Shown piece after piece: positions 10,161-19,802 of a stretch of 38,214 nucleotides of DNA. Source of the stretch: Fidelibacterota bacterium. Its GTDB lineage: Bacteria; Fidelibacterota; Marinisomatia; Marinisomatales; TCS56. The stretch lies in the NCBI GenBank assembly GCA_043822705.1, contig JBDRBK010000098.1, positions 1-38,214 of the forward strand, read 5' to 3'. The position numbers and the translations under genes were made by a program. The notes under the pieces were generated by a model, which did no database searches, was not told the DNA's origin, and saw nothing but the letters and a program-made list of their open reading frames with translations. The stretch's first letter is position 1. The number at the start of each line of letters is the position of its first letter.

Positions 10161-11156
10161 ATGAGTCTTTATAAAAAATATTATATGTTGCATAAATTGA
10201 TTTGGGATATCAAAAGAGGGGATAACTTCTATCCGATTGGCGCGGATTTTCGATCGACTGAGTTGGGCGAGTATTATTTTGTATTCGATGAAGGACGGGT
10301 ACGGCACGGTAAAGACCAGGCCTTGATCACTGATTTTGATGAAAACGGAATTCCATTAAATAGTACTTATATCGATGTCGCAGAAAAAAGACTGATTTAT
10401 TTCCCAATCAGTATTGGGCAGTTAGGCCTGGCGGTATATCATAGTTATTTGCATAGCGGCCAAACTGTGGATTTACAGCGTTTTCTGAAATTTGCTGACT
10501 GGTTTGTCGATAATGCTGATTTGGATGATAAACTGGGTGTCAGATGGTTCACGAACGTGGAATTGCCAGCCTACCGGAATCTTGGACCCTGGCAATCAGC
10601 TTTTGCCCAGGGGCGCGGGATATCGATCCTCCTGCGGGCGTACCAGGAAACTAAAAACGAACAATATGCAGAGTATGCTCAAAAAGCCTTGATCAGTTTT
10701 TTATACGAGCCGCGGGATGGTGGCGTAACATCCAGGACTAAATGGGGACCATTTTATGAAGAATATACGGCTGCGATACCAACGCTGGTCTTTAACGGCC
10801 ATATCTTTTCATTATTTGGTCTAATTGATTTTAATCGAGTATTTCCTGACCACGAACGCTGTCGGGAATTGGTTAATCAAGGATATGCGACAATCCTTAA
10901 CTGTATCCCTGATTTTGACTTGGGCTACTGGACTCGCTACAACTACTGCCAGGCCGAATTTTATCCGCTAATTGATCCGGCTACTTTGAACTATCAGAGA
11001 TTGCATGTATTGTTATTGAAAACAATGAATAAATTTCGCTATAGCGAGAGTTTGGATAATTACATCAGGCGCTGGCACAAGCAAATAAATCCGTTTAATT
11101 ACATTAAAGCTTCACTGGTTAAATATCAGGCACTGAAGAAATTGAACCGCATTTAA
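10161..11156 (+). CDS. D-glucuronyl C5-epimerase family protein
   Basis: ATG at 10161, just after the GT4 stop. Motifs WQSAFAQG, FYEEY, FNGHIF, D.GYWTRY and Y..LH resemble the GLCE C-terminal catalytic domain. Confidence 0.8.
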   Translation: MSLYKKYYMLHKLIWDIKRGDNFYPIGADFRSTELGEYYFVFDEGRVRHGKDQALITDFDENGIPLNSTYIDVAEKRLIYFPISIGQLGLAVYHSYLHSGQTVDLQRFLKFADWFVDNADLDDKLGVRWFTNVELPAYRNLGPWQSAFAQGRGISILLRAYQETKNEQYAEYAQKALISFLYEPRDGGVTSRTKWGPFYEEYTAAIPTLVFNGHIFSLFGLIDFNRVFPDHERCRELVNQGYATILNCIPDFDLGYWTRYNYCQAEFYPLIDPATLNYQRLHVLLLKTMNKFRYSESLDNYIRRWHKQINPFNYIKASLVKYQALKKLNRI

Positions 11157-11169
11157 GGAAAAATTAATT

Positions 11170-12024
11170 TTGACATCTTTATCAAGAAAAGTCGCTGACG
11201 CAGTGCGATATGTGCGGCATAATAAATACCTAGAAAAAAACATCACTGATTTCACTGGTCTACCAGAAAAAATATTTACCAATCTGGAAGCAGTGTTTGT
11301 CTTGTCCACCGGCCGTGCCGGGACAGATTTGTTGGAAAGGTTATTCAGATTAGATAAATCGAATTTTACATTCCATGAGCCTATTCCCGACTTGGTGTAT
11401 AGTGCAAAACTAGCCTATGAATTAGGGCCAAATGGATTAGAAGCTAGAAAATTAGGATTTATTTCTGCGCGTTACCATTTATTAAAGGAGTGTTATTTCA
11501 GAGATAAACGATATATTGAGACAAATAATAAACTTACATTTTTTCCCGATGCCATTTATCATTTAATGCCAAAGAGTAAATTCATTCATCTAATTAGAAA
11601 CCCGCGAAGCTTTGTATGTAGTGCTTTACGCAGAAAATATTATGCCGGACATGATTTTGATGATGGCCGGATAGTACCGATCAATAAATCTGAAATTGGA
11701 TGGGATGAATTTTCATTAATACAAAAAAATGGATGGTTGTGGAATGAGACCAATCAGACCATCGAAGCCTTTAAAGCTAATATTAATCCGGATAGAATTA
11801 TTACTATTAAATCTGAAGAGTTATTTACAAATCCAAATACTTTCAATAAAATTATTAAATTCACTGATATAACGTGTGTTGATCAAAAAATAATTACCAA
11901 GATCACAAAAAAGCCGGTTAATCAACAGATAAAAGGGAATGTAGTGCCATTTGGTCAATGGACAGAAAACGAAAAGGATGATTTTTATGCAGTTACCCCA
12001 CTGTGTAAGATATATGGATTTTAA
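11170..12024 (+). CDS. Sulfotransferase-domain protein
   Basis: 5'-PSB-like loop VLSTGRAGT, HEP, 3'-PB-like KFIHLIRNPRSFVCS, and IKSEEL; TTG start preceded by AAGGA. Confidence 0.78.
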   Translation: MTSLSRKVADAVRYVRHNKYLEKNITDFTGLPEKIFTNLEAVFVLSTGRAGTDLLERLFRLDKSNFTFHEPIPDLVYSAKLAYELGPNGLEARKLGFISARYHLLKECYFRDKRYIETNNKLTFFPDAIYHLMPKSKFIHLIRNPRSFVCSALRRKYYAGHDFDDGRIVPINKSEIGWDEFSLIQKNGWLWNETNQTIEAFKANINPDRIITIKSEELFTNPNTFNKIIKFTDITCVDQKIITKITKKPVNQQIKGNVVPFGQWTENEKDDFYAVTPLCKIYGF

Positions 12025-12117
12025 ATGGAATGATATTAATTAGTTGATAAATTAATATAATGAGACAGAACTTATACAGTAATCAGTATTTAATAAATCA
12101 CATGGACGTAAATTACT

Positions 12118-12846
12118 ATGCTTAAGAATTATGTAAAATTGATTCTTATTAATTACCTAAATAAAAAATATATGACTATTGTACCATATAATACTCATGC
12201 GAGTCAAGTCGAACGAGTTAAATATAAATGGTTGATTGATAAGAATATAAATACTATAATTGATATTGGTGCCTCTACAGGAGGATTTGTTCATAAAATT
12301 AGACCATTTTTCCCTGATGCTATGATTTATTCCTTTGAACCAATACCTGATTCCTATAATTATTTAGTTAAACGTTTTTCTAAAGATAAACGTTTTATGG
12401 CTTATAATCTTGCCTTAGGTGATGTAACAGGGCAAATGGATTTCTATATAAATAAACATATCGGTGCTTCATCTATATTGGAAATGACCGATTTGCATAA
12501 GACTGCCCACCCACATACTGCAAATTATTCTAAAACAATTATTAATATTGATAAACTGGATAATGTATTCTCAAGAGAAGATCTTAAAGAAAAGATACTA
12601 CTTAAATTAGATGTGCAAGGATATGAGCTAAAATCACTTAAAGGTGCTCAAAAATTATTAAAGAATATTTATGCCATTTATACAGAAGTGAGTTTCTGCA
12701 AATTGTATGAGGGACAAGCATTATTTAATGATATAATTGAATTCCTTGCTAAAATGGGATTTAAATTGGTTGGTATTGAAGATATTTCGCAAAGTACAAT
12801 TGACGGTCGTTTTCTACAAGGGAATGCGTTTTTTATAAAAATGTAA
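12118..12846 (+). CDS. FkbM family methyltransferase
   Basis: IIDIGASTG, YSFEPIP, LKLDVQGYEL..LKGA, TEVSF..LYEGQ. Confidence 0.9.
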   Translation: MLKNYVKLILINYLNKKYMTIVPYNTHASQVERVKYKWLIDKNINTIIDIGASTGGFVHKIRPFFPDAMIYSFEPIPDSYNYLVKRFSKDKRFMAYNLALGDVTGQMDFYINKHIGASSILEMTDLHKTAHPHTANYSKTIINIDKLDNVFSREDLKEKILLKLDVQGYELKSLKGAQKLLKNIYAIYTEVSFCKLYEGQALFNDIIEFLAKMGFKLVGIEDISQSTIDGRFLQGNAFFIKM

Positions 12847-12865
12847 AGAATTATAGATATTAATA

Positions 12866-13674
12866 ATGAAAATCGCACATATCATCAATCCCGTAAAAAT
12901 TGGGCCTGAATCTGATTTGTATATTGCACAGCCGATTACAATGCATACTATGTTACAAGCGCAAGCTTTTGCACGTAATTCTGTGGTCGTCGATCTATAC
13001 ACAACTCAATATAAAGAAGATCGAGAAATTATTCCCAAAGGACTTAATATTACTGAAGATTTAAAAAGATCGATTCTTGATATAAAAACATTTAAAACCA
13101 ATAGGAAACTACCATTAATTGGTGATATACTTAATTCTCTCTATACAAATTCTGATTCAGATATTTTTATATATACTAATGTTGATATCGCACTTAAGCC
13201 ATTCTTCTATTTAACTATTAAAAGTCTGCTTGAGCTCGGTTATGATGGATTTTGTATTAATAGAAAAACGATACCCAAATCATATTTAGGAATCAATGAA
13301 CTAAATATTGCTAATTTACCGCTACTATATTCGATTGAAGGAGAAAATCATCCAGGAATTGATTGTTTTGTTTTTCAGCGATCCATTTATCCAAAATTCC
13401 AATTAGGTAATATTTGTATTGGTTTTCCACCGATTGGGGCAGTGCTATTTGATAATATAAAAAATTTTCCAAGAATTTTATTTGGATAAAAGATATGAGT
13501 AACACTTTCCATCTTGGTGCGGATAGAATTTGGAAGAATAAATATAAATATTATGATTATTTCAAGCATAATAATGATGAAAGAAAAAATATCAACGAAC
13601 TTTTAGATATACATCCTGAAAATAAATATTTAGCGACCATAAAAAGGTTAATATTAAAGAAGTTTGAAAAATGA
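12866..13674 (+). pseudogene. Glycan-locus hypothetical (GT-A-like) gene interrupted by a frameshift at an A6 run
   Basis: The ORF 12866-13489 (YTNVDI, HPGIDCFVF) continues in the -1 frame as KFSKNFIWIKDMSNTFHLGADRIWK...KKFEK to TGA at 13672-13674. One extra A in the run at 13459-13464 joins the two parts. Confidence 0.65.
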
Positions 13675-13766
13675 ATCATTGTTTTAAACGTATATACGAT
13701 TATTTATTTTCACTGATATAATAATGATATGGGCTTTCTTTCAGTAATAGATACAATTAGTAGACC

Positions 13767-15227
13767 ATGACTATTCGTTCAACAATTAAAAATTTTGGAA
13801 TAAATAGTGCTGTCTATGGACTCGGTAATGTTCTTAATAAATTGTCCGCATTTCTTCTAATACCTATATACACACATTATTTGACTTTGTCAGATGTTGG
13901 AATAATCACACTAATAGAATTAATTGAAGTTATGTTAATAACATTTTTACCATTAGGAACGATTAATGCCCTTTGGCGAAATTTACCGAGACTGGGGAAG
14001 TCAGATAAAAAAAAGACAATAGCATCTGCATTTTGGGGAATTATTATAATTGATACAGCTATCATTGCTTTATTACTAATTAATGCTGGGCCCATTGCTG
14101 AATTGTTTGGTTTAGGTTCTGATGGACAACAATTTGTAAATATTTTATTAGTCAACGTATTTTTAATTACGGGCGGACAATTCATATTATGGATGAAGCA
14201 ATATGAATTACAACCGGTACATTATTTATTCCTATCTGTGGGACAATTTCTTGGTATATTATTGCTATCGATATTATTCATTGTAAAATATAATCTTGGG
14301 ATATTCGGATATTTATACGGCAAAACAATTATCTCAAGTATTTTATTTCTTACAAGTATCTTATTTGTATTACGGAATGCCTTTACACTACCATCTTTTA
14401 GTAAGCTAATTCAATTGATGAGATTTGGAATTCCTTTAATACCGATAGCTTTTGTTACACCCATTTTATCTTTTTCAGATCGCTACTTTCTTATGCAATT
14501 TGTTACCTTAGAAGAGATTGGTGTTTATGGAATTGCCTATAAATTTGGAATGATAGTAAATATGTTGCTAGTGGTTCCTATCCAGCGTAGTTGGGAACCA
14601 TTGATGTTTAGGATTGGAGGAGACCGGCAAAATCATACACTTTTTAAAGATTTACTGTTCTATTTTGCTGTGATTGGCAGTCTACTATTATTATTAATCA
14701 TATTTTCTTCAAGGATGTTATTGTCTGTAGTAGCAACAGATAAATATTTAGCTGGCGCAAAGTACATACCCTGGGTGGCAATGGCATATTTTATTAATGG
14801 GTTCAGAAGTTTCTTTTCTGCCGGTGCTGTATTAAATGATCGTACTATGAACCTTGGTCGCGCTGGATTGTTAGCTGTAATGGTAAACCTGATATTGAAT
14901 TACACACTAATAAAATATTTTGGAGTTATAGGTGCTGCCTGGTCTACAACCATTTCATATCTTGTACTAGTCCTACTGATCTTCCGCGAATCACAATCAA
15001 TAATGTATATCGATTGGGGATTTAATAGACTTGGGATTTTATTTTGTGCATTGCTATGTACAATTCTTGTAGTATTATATTTTCAAACCCAGTTTATTGA
15101 TATTAATATTTTCATTGGATTTATTGGCATAACTATTTTTATCACAAGCTTAAAGTTGACCAAAATCATTGGTGATCGTGAAATCAGTGGAATAAAACAG
15201 ATTTTTAAACAAGTATTTAAGAAGTAG
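13767..15227 (+). CDS. Oligosaccharide flippase (Wzx/MOP family)
   Basis: About 13-14 TM segments; N-terminal NSAVYGLGNVL..FLLIPIYTHYL, DRYFL, IGVYGIAYKF, GVIGAAWST. Confidence 0.88.
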   Translation: MTIRSTIKNFGINSAVYGLGNVLNKLSAFLLIPIYTHYLTLSDVGIITLIELIEVMLITFLPLGTINALWRNLPRLGKSDKKKTIASAFWGIIIIDTAIIALLLINAGPIAELFGLGSDGQQFVNILLVNVFLITGGQFILWMKQYELQPVHYLFLSVGQFLGILLLSILFIVKYNLGIFGYLYGKTIISSILFLTSILFVLRNAFTLPSFSKLIQLMRFGIPLIPIAFVTPILSFSDRYFLMQFVTLEEIGVYGIAYKFGMIVNMLLVVPIQRSWEPLMFRIGGDRQNHTLFKDLLFYFAVIGSLLLLLIIFSSRMLLSVVATDKYLAGAKYIPWVAMAYFINGFRSFFSAGAVLNDRTMNLGRAGLLAVMVNLILNYTLIKYFGVIGAAWSTTISYLVLVLLIFRESQSIMYIDWGFNRLGILFCALLCTILVVLYFQTQFIDINIFIGFIGITIFITSLKLTKIIGDREISGIKQIFKQVFKK

Positions 15228-15231
15228 AGAC

Positions 15232-17592
15232 ATGAGGAAAAAATATTACTGGATAGTGATAATTATAGTATCCACTATTTTTCTAGGAAACATGATAATA
15301 CTTAATCAAGAGCCCTTAGCCAATGATACAGTCAGCTTCAAACCAATTGCCAAATGGACTAAGGAATATACTACAGATAATAGTGATAAGGCATTTTGGT
15401 ATCCTTTTTTATTTGGTGGCATGCCTTCGGTGGGGAGTCATATAAATACACCCGGAAATCCAATCAATAGTATTATAAATATTTTTATGTTTAACCGCGG
15501 GTTAAAATATTGGTTATATTTTACCCTGGGTGGATTCGGACTTTATATTATAATAATAAACAGATCGGCTAATACTTTATCAGCCGTTTTTGGCGGTCTA
15601 GCGTATGCAATTTCGCCATATCTATTTGGTCTAATCAATGCCGGTCATTCATCAAAGATTATTGCTCTTGGCTATGCCCCCTGGGTCTTTTTAGCAGCAG
15701 ATTATTGCATTCGGAAAAACCAATGGCGAGGGGTACTCTTTTTGGCATTGACAACTGCCATACAGCTTTGGTCAAACCATCCACAGATCGTTTATTACAC
15801 ATGGATGTTAATTGTATTCTGGTGGCTATGGAATCTTGTTGGTGATATGATTAAACGAAAACAGACAATGTCCACTACTTTGAAGCCGACGAGTCTTTTA
15901 ATCGGCAGTATTATTATTGCCTTATTAATGGTATCTGATCCCTATATATCGGTATATGAGTTTCAGCAACATTCCAACCGCGGAGCTACCTCGGTGCTGG
16001 ATGAATCCGGACAAACAGATACTGGGACATCCTGGGATTATGCCACCCAATGGTCATTTCAACCAAAAGAACTTATTTCGTTCTTATATCCCTATTATTA
16101 TGGATTACAGAACTATCCTTCGCGCGATATTAAAAGTGCTGCCTACTGGGGTGGGATGCCCTTCACCCAATCGACTCATTATATGGGTTTGCTGGTAGTT
16201 CTGACAGCCGTTTTGGGAGCGCTGCTGAAGCGTCCGGACCGATTCCAGGCCTATCTCTGGGTGACAACTGGTCTGATACTACTAGTAGGATTTGGGAAAT
16301 ATGTTCCAGTCCTTTACGGACCACTTTTCAAGCTGGCGCCATTTTTCAGTAAATTTCGCGTCCCTTCAATGATTTACGCACTGCTGCCATTTACTCTCAG
16401 CATTTTAGCGGCCGTCGGACTGGAAAATATTATGGCGCCAATAAAAGGAGGTTCGGAAGTAGACCGGAAAATTGTAAAAAAGGTTTTGTGGGTTTTCGGT
16501 AGTTTTATCGGTTTGACACTCGTTTATTTATTGTTTGGAAACTCGATTGTATCTTTCCTGAAGCCAACGGAAACGAGTCAATATAACCCCCAGGTGATTG
16601 ACCAGCTAAAAATTGTGCGCCAGGAATTATTCCAGAAGGGTATCTTTTTAGCGCTGGCGATTTCGGTGGCAGGATTTGCCGCAATCTGGATGGGTATTAA
16701 GCAAAAAGTGAAACCGCAATTCGTGGGTATTGCAATTATTGCCCTGACGGTAGTCGACCTCTGGGTTGTTGATAATGAATTCCTGCACCTGAAAAATTCG
16801 AGCCAGATGGATCTGCAATTCCAACCTAATGCAATCACAGACTACTTGACGGCCGATAAGGATTTATTCCGTATTTTCCCCGTGGATGAATTGAATTCCA
16901 ATTGGTATGGTTATTTTGGTCTTGCCAGTATTGGTGGCTACCGGCCGGTTAAATTACGTACTTATCAGGACCTGATGGATGCCGGCGGTCTTAATAATCT
17001 GGCGGTGCTGAACATGCTGAATGTCAAGTATCTGATTACCGGCAAAAGCATTTCCCATCCGGCCTTGCGGCTGGCCCTGGCAGGCCAGCCCAGTGTCTAC
17101 AAGAACACTGCTGTTCTGCCCAAAGCCTGGATCGTTGGAAAAATCCGGCCGGTGGCATCACAGAAGGAATCCCTGGCGGCCGTGCTGGATAAAAATTTCT
17201 CTCCCGCGGCCGAGGCGATTGTCATGGATTACAGCGGACCAGTGCTCGACAGTGCCGTTACCGGTGCGGTCACCGTCGAAAAATATACGGAAAATGAAAT
17301 TATCCTGAAAGCCGATGTATCGGCTACCGCGTTGTTGGTCCTGTCGGAAAACTATTACAAGCCGGGCTGGTTGGTATCTGTTAACGGAATAAAAACTACG
17401 ATATATCAAACCAATCATGTCCTCCGTTCGGTGGTGGTGCCGCAGGGCAAGCATACCCTACGGTTCTGGTACAATGACCGTAAATGGAAAACAACCAGAT
17501 TGATATCCAGGATTTCCTTGGCCTTGACGCTACTGGCGGTTGGTTATGTTTATCGCCTACAAATCGTGGGACTGATAAAGCGTAAATCATGA
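15232..17592 (+). CDS. YfhO family membrane protein (GT-C-like glycosyltransferase)
   Basis: W.P.LFGGMP, GHSSK, NHPQIVYY, YWG.MPFT, SKFRVPS, SIGGY; C-terminal LSENYY.PGW..SVNG...N.VLR. Confidence 0.85.
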   Translation: MRKKYYWIVIIIVSTIFLGNMIILNQEPLANDTVSFKPIAKWTKEYTTDNSDKAFWYPFLFGGMPSVGSHINTPGNPINSIINIFMFNRGLKYWLYFTLGGFGLYIIIINRSANTLSAVFGGLAYAISPYLFGLINAGHSSKIIALGYAPWVFLAADYCIRKNQWRGVLFLALTTAIQLWSNHPQIVYYTWMLIVFWWLWNLVGDMIKRKQTMSTTLKPTSLLIGSIIIALLMVSDPYISVYEFQQHSNRGATSVLDESGQTDTGTSWDYATQWSFQPKELISFLYPYYYGLQNYPSRDIKSAAYWGGMPFTQSTHYMGLLVVLTAVLGALLKRPDRFQAYLWVTTGLILLVGFGKYVPVLYGPLFKLAPFFSKFRVPSMIYALLPFTLSILAAVGLENIMAPIKGGSEVDRKIVKKVLWVFGSFIGLTLVYLLFGNSIVSFLKPTETSQYNPQVIDQLKIVRQELFQKGIFLALAISVAGFAAIWMGIKQKVKPQFVGIAIIALTVVDLWVVDNEFLHLKNSSQMDLQFQPNAITDYLTADKDLFRIFPVDELNSNWYGYFGLASIGGYRPVKLRTYQDLMDAGGLNNLAVLNMLNVKYLITGKSISHPALRLALAGQPSVYKNTAVLPKAWIVGKIRPVASQKESLAAVLDKNFSPAAEAIVMDYSGPVLDSAVTGAVTVEKYTENEIILKADVSATALLVLSENYYKPGWLVSVNGIKTTIYQTNHVLRSVVVPQGKHTLRFWYNDRKWKTTRLISRISLALTLLAVGYVYRLQIVGLIKRKS

Positions 17593-18767
17593 ACTGGTAC
17601 CGCCATTCCGGGAATATCAAGGCCGGCTTGTTCATCGTTGGCCTGTCACTCGTGATTGCCCTGCTGGTTTACTCGCAGCGGATCGTGGAAGAATTACGCG
17701 AAGATAACCGGCAGATCGTGCGGCTGTACTCGGAAATTATTGCAAAAACCGCCACCGACCAGAGCGATTCCAATCTGGATTTCGTATTTGAGGAAATAAT
17801 AAAAAAAGTCCAGTTTCCGATCATTTATTCCAATTCCGAACTGCTGCCGGTATTTCACCGGAACCTGCCGGACTCACTACCGACGGAAAAAATACTGTTG
17901 GATTTTCGGCGGACCATGGATCGGCAGAACGAACCGATACCGATATATTTTACTGACCCGGTCACGGCTAAATCGATCCTGATTGGCAATATTCATTATG
18001 GTGATTCGCGGCTGATTACCAAATTGCAGTGGCTGCCGTTTCTTGAGCTGGGTATTGTGACTATTTTTATCCTGTTCGGTTTCATCGGTTTCTCGATTAT
18101 TCGCAACAGTGAAAAACGCCATATCTGGGTCGGTATGGCCCGCGAAACGGCCCACCAGTTGAGTACACCCGTATCGGCGCTGTTAGGCTGGATCGAATGG
18201 CTGAAAAATCATCCGGAAAAATGCGCCGAAATTGTGCCCGAGATGGAAATCGATCTGGACCGGCTGCAAAAAGTGAACAATCGCTTCAGCCGGATGGGTT
18301 CCGAGACCGTCTTCGGCAAGATCAATCTGGCGACCCAGGTCAACGCGGTTGCCGAATACCTGCGGCGTCGGCTGCCGTCCATGGGTAAGAATATCCGGAT
18401 CATCAATGAGATCAATGGCGATACCGAGATCGTAGCCAATGATACGCTGCTATCCTGGGCGCTGGAGAATGTCATTAAAAACGCCATCGATGCGATCGAG
18501 CGCGATCCAGGGGAAATCCGGGTTACCCAACAGCAGGATGCACAATCCGTAAGTATTCTCATCAGTGATAACGGCAAGGGCATCCCCCGGCGGGACTGGA
18601 AGAATATTTTCCGGCCCGGATTCAGTACCAAAGATCGTGGCTGGGGTTTGGGGTTGTCACTGACCAAAAGAATCGTAGAGGAATTGCATAAGGGAAAAAT
18701 TCGGGTGGTTCAATCCGAAGTCGGCGTCGGTACCAGGATAATCATCGAACTGCCGCTTTCACGGTAG
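17589..18767 (+). CDS. Membrane sensor histidine kinase
   Basis: H-box ETAHQLSTP, N-box ENVIKNAIDA, DNGKGI, IFRPGFSTK, GWGLGL; two TM helices. Confidence 0.92.
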   Translation: MNWYRHSGNIKAGLFIVGLSLVIALLVYSQRIVEELREDNRQIVRLYSEIIAKTATDQSDSNLDFVFEEIIKKVQFPIIYSNSELLPVFHRNLPDSLPTEKILLDFRRTMDRQNEPIPIYFTDPVTAKSILIGNIHYGDSRLITKLQWLPFLELGIVTIFILFGFIGFSIIRNSEKRHIWVGMARETAHQLSTPVSALLGWIEWLKNHPEKCAEIVPEMEIDLDRLQKVNNRFSRMGSETVFGKINLATQVNAVAEYLRRRLPSMGKNIRIINEINGDTEIVANDTLLSWALENVIKNAIDAIERDPGEIRVTQQQDAQSVSILISDNGKGIPRRDWKNIFRPGFSTKDRGWGLGLSLTKRIVEELHKGKIRVVQSEVGVGTRIIIELPLSR

Positions 18768-18804
18768 TCGGTGTTATGATTGTTACCGACTGTTCCGGGA
18801 CTCC

Positions 18805-18833
18805 TTGTGAATCCTGTGGGTAAATTTTAATTT
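18805..18833 (+). promoter_or_regulatory. Putative sigma70 promoter of the yajC-def operon
   Basis: TTGTGA, 17-bp spacer, TAATTT; followed by an AAGGAG RBS before the yajC GTG. Confidence 0.45.
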
Positions 18834-18858
18834 CAATAAGCTAAATAAGGAGATATTT

Positions 18859-19200
18859 GTGGAAATTGCATATGCCATGGCCGCGCCCGGCGCCGAGCAA
18901 GGCGGAGGATTCGCCGCCTTTTTACCATTCATTCTGATTTTTGCTATAATTTACTTTTTCATGATTCGGCCCCAATCGAAACGGCAGAAGGAAAAACAGC
19001 AGATGCTGGAAGCCTTGAAAAAGGGCGACAAAGTCGTGACCATTGGCGGAATCCATGGTACGATCGCCGGTCTGAAAGATAAAGGTAAGACAGTCGTACT
19101 GAAAATTGATAAAAATGTTGAAATCAATGTTTCCCGCAGCGGCATAGCCGGGATGGCTGATAAAGTCAGCGATGAGGACACGATCCAAGCGGAAGCTTGA
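18859..19200 (+). CDS. yajC: Preprotein translocase subunit YajC
   Basis: IIYFFMIRPQ.KRQK, LKKGDKVVTIGGIHG. Confidence 0.95.
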   Translation: MEIAYAMAAPGAEQGGGFAAFLPFILIFAIIYFFMIRPQSKRQKEKQQMLEALKKGDKVVTIGGIHGTIAGLKDKGKTVVLKIDKNVEINVSRSGIAGMADKVSDEDTIQAEA

Positions 19201-19724
19201 TGGCAGCACGGGATGTGACATTATACGGCCGCTCGATACTGAAACGGAAATGCCGGGCGGTCGAAGATTTCTCGGTACTCGAACCGCTCATCAGTGACAT
19301 GTTTGATACGATGTACGAAGAGGAGGGGGTGGGTCTGGCCGCCAACCAGATCGGCCTCGATCTGAACCTGATGGTGGTCGATGTCAGCCATACCGAAGAA
19401 GCCGATGAAGCGATGGTATTCATCAATGGTGAGATTATCGACAGTACGGGCGAAGCGATATTGGAGGAGGGTTGCCTGTCGTTACCGGAAGTCCGGGTGG
19501 ACGTCAAGCGGCCGGAAACGATCACACTCAAATACCAGTCCATCGATGGTCAGGAACACGTTGCCACCTATTCGGGTCTGCTGGCACGGGTGATTCAGCA
19601 TGAATCGGATCATCTGAATGGCATCGTAATCATCGACCGGGTGAGTCCGCTGGTCAGGATGAAATTCAGCCAGGAATTGAAACAGATCGCCCAGCGCGCC
19701 CGGGAGCAGAGCCAAGCACTTTGA
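19200..19724 (+). CDS. def: Peptide deformylase
   Basis: GVGLAANQ, EGCLS, QHESDHL; ATG overlaps the yajC TGA. Confidence 0.96.
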   Translation: MAARDVTLYGRSILKRKCRAVEDFSVLEPLISDMFDTMYEEEGVGLAANQIGLDLNLMVVDVSHTEEADEAMVFINGEIIDSTGEAILEEGCLSLPEVRVDVKRPETITLKYQSIDGQEHVATYSGLLARVIQHESDHLNGIVIIDRVSPLVRMKFSQELKQIAQRAREQSQAL

Positions 19725-19802
19725 ACTATTTTCCGGCGGTCTCGATTGACCGCACTGCCCGGTACACTCGCACGGATTTAACTGATTCTCCGGATTACTG
19801 AT

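Noticed and set aside
19736..19753. Hairpin GCGGTC/GACCGC between def and fmt
   Set aside because: Short stem with no U-tract; insufficient evidence for a terminator or regulatory RNA
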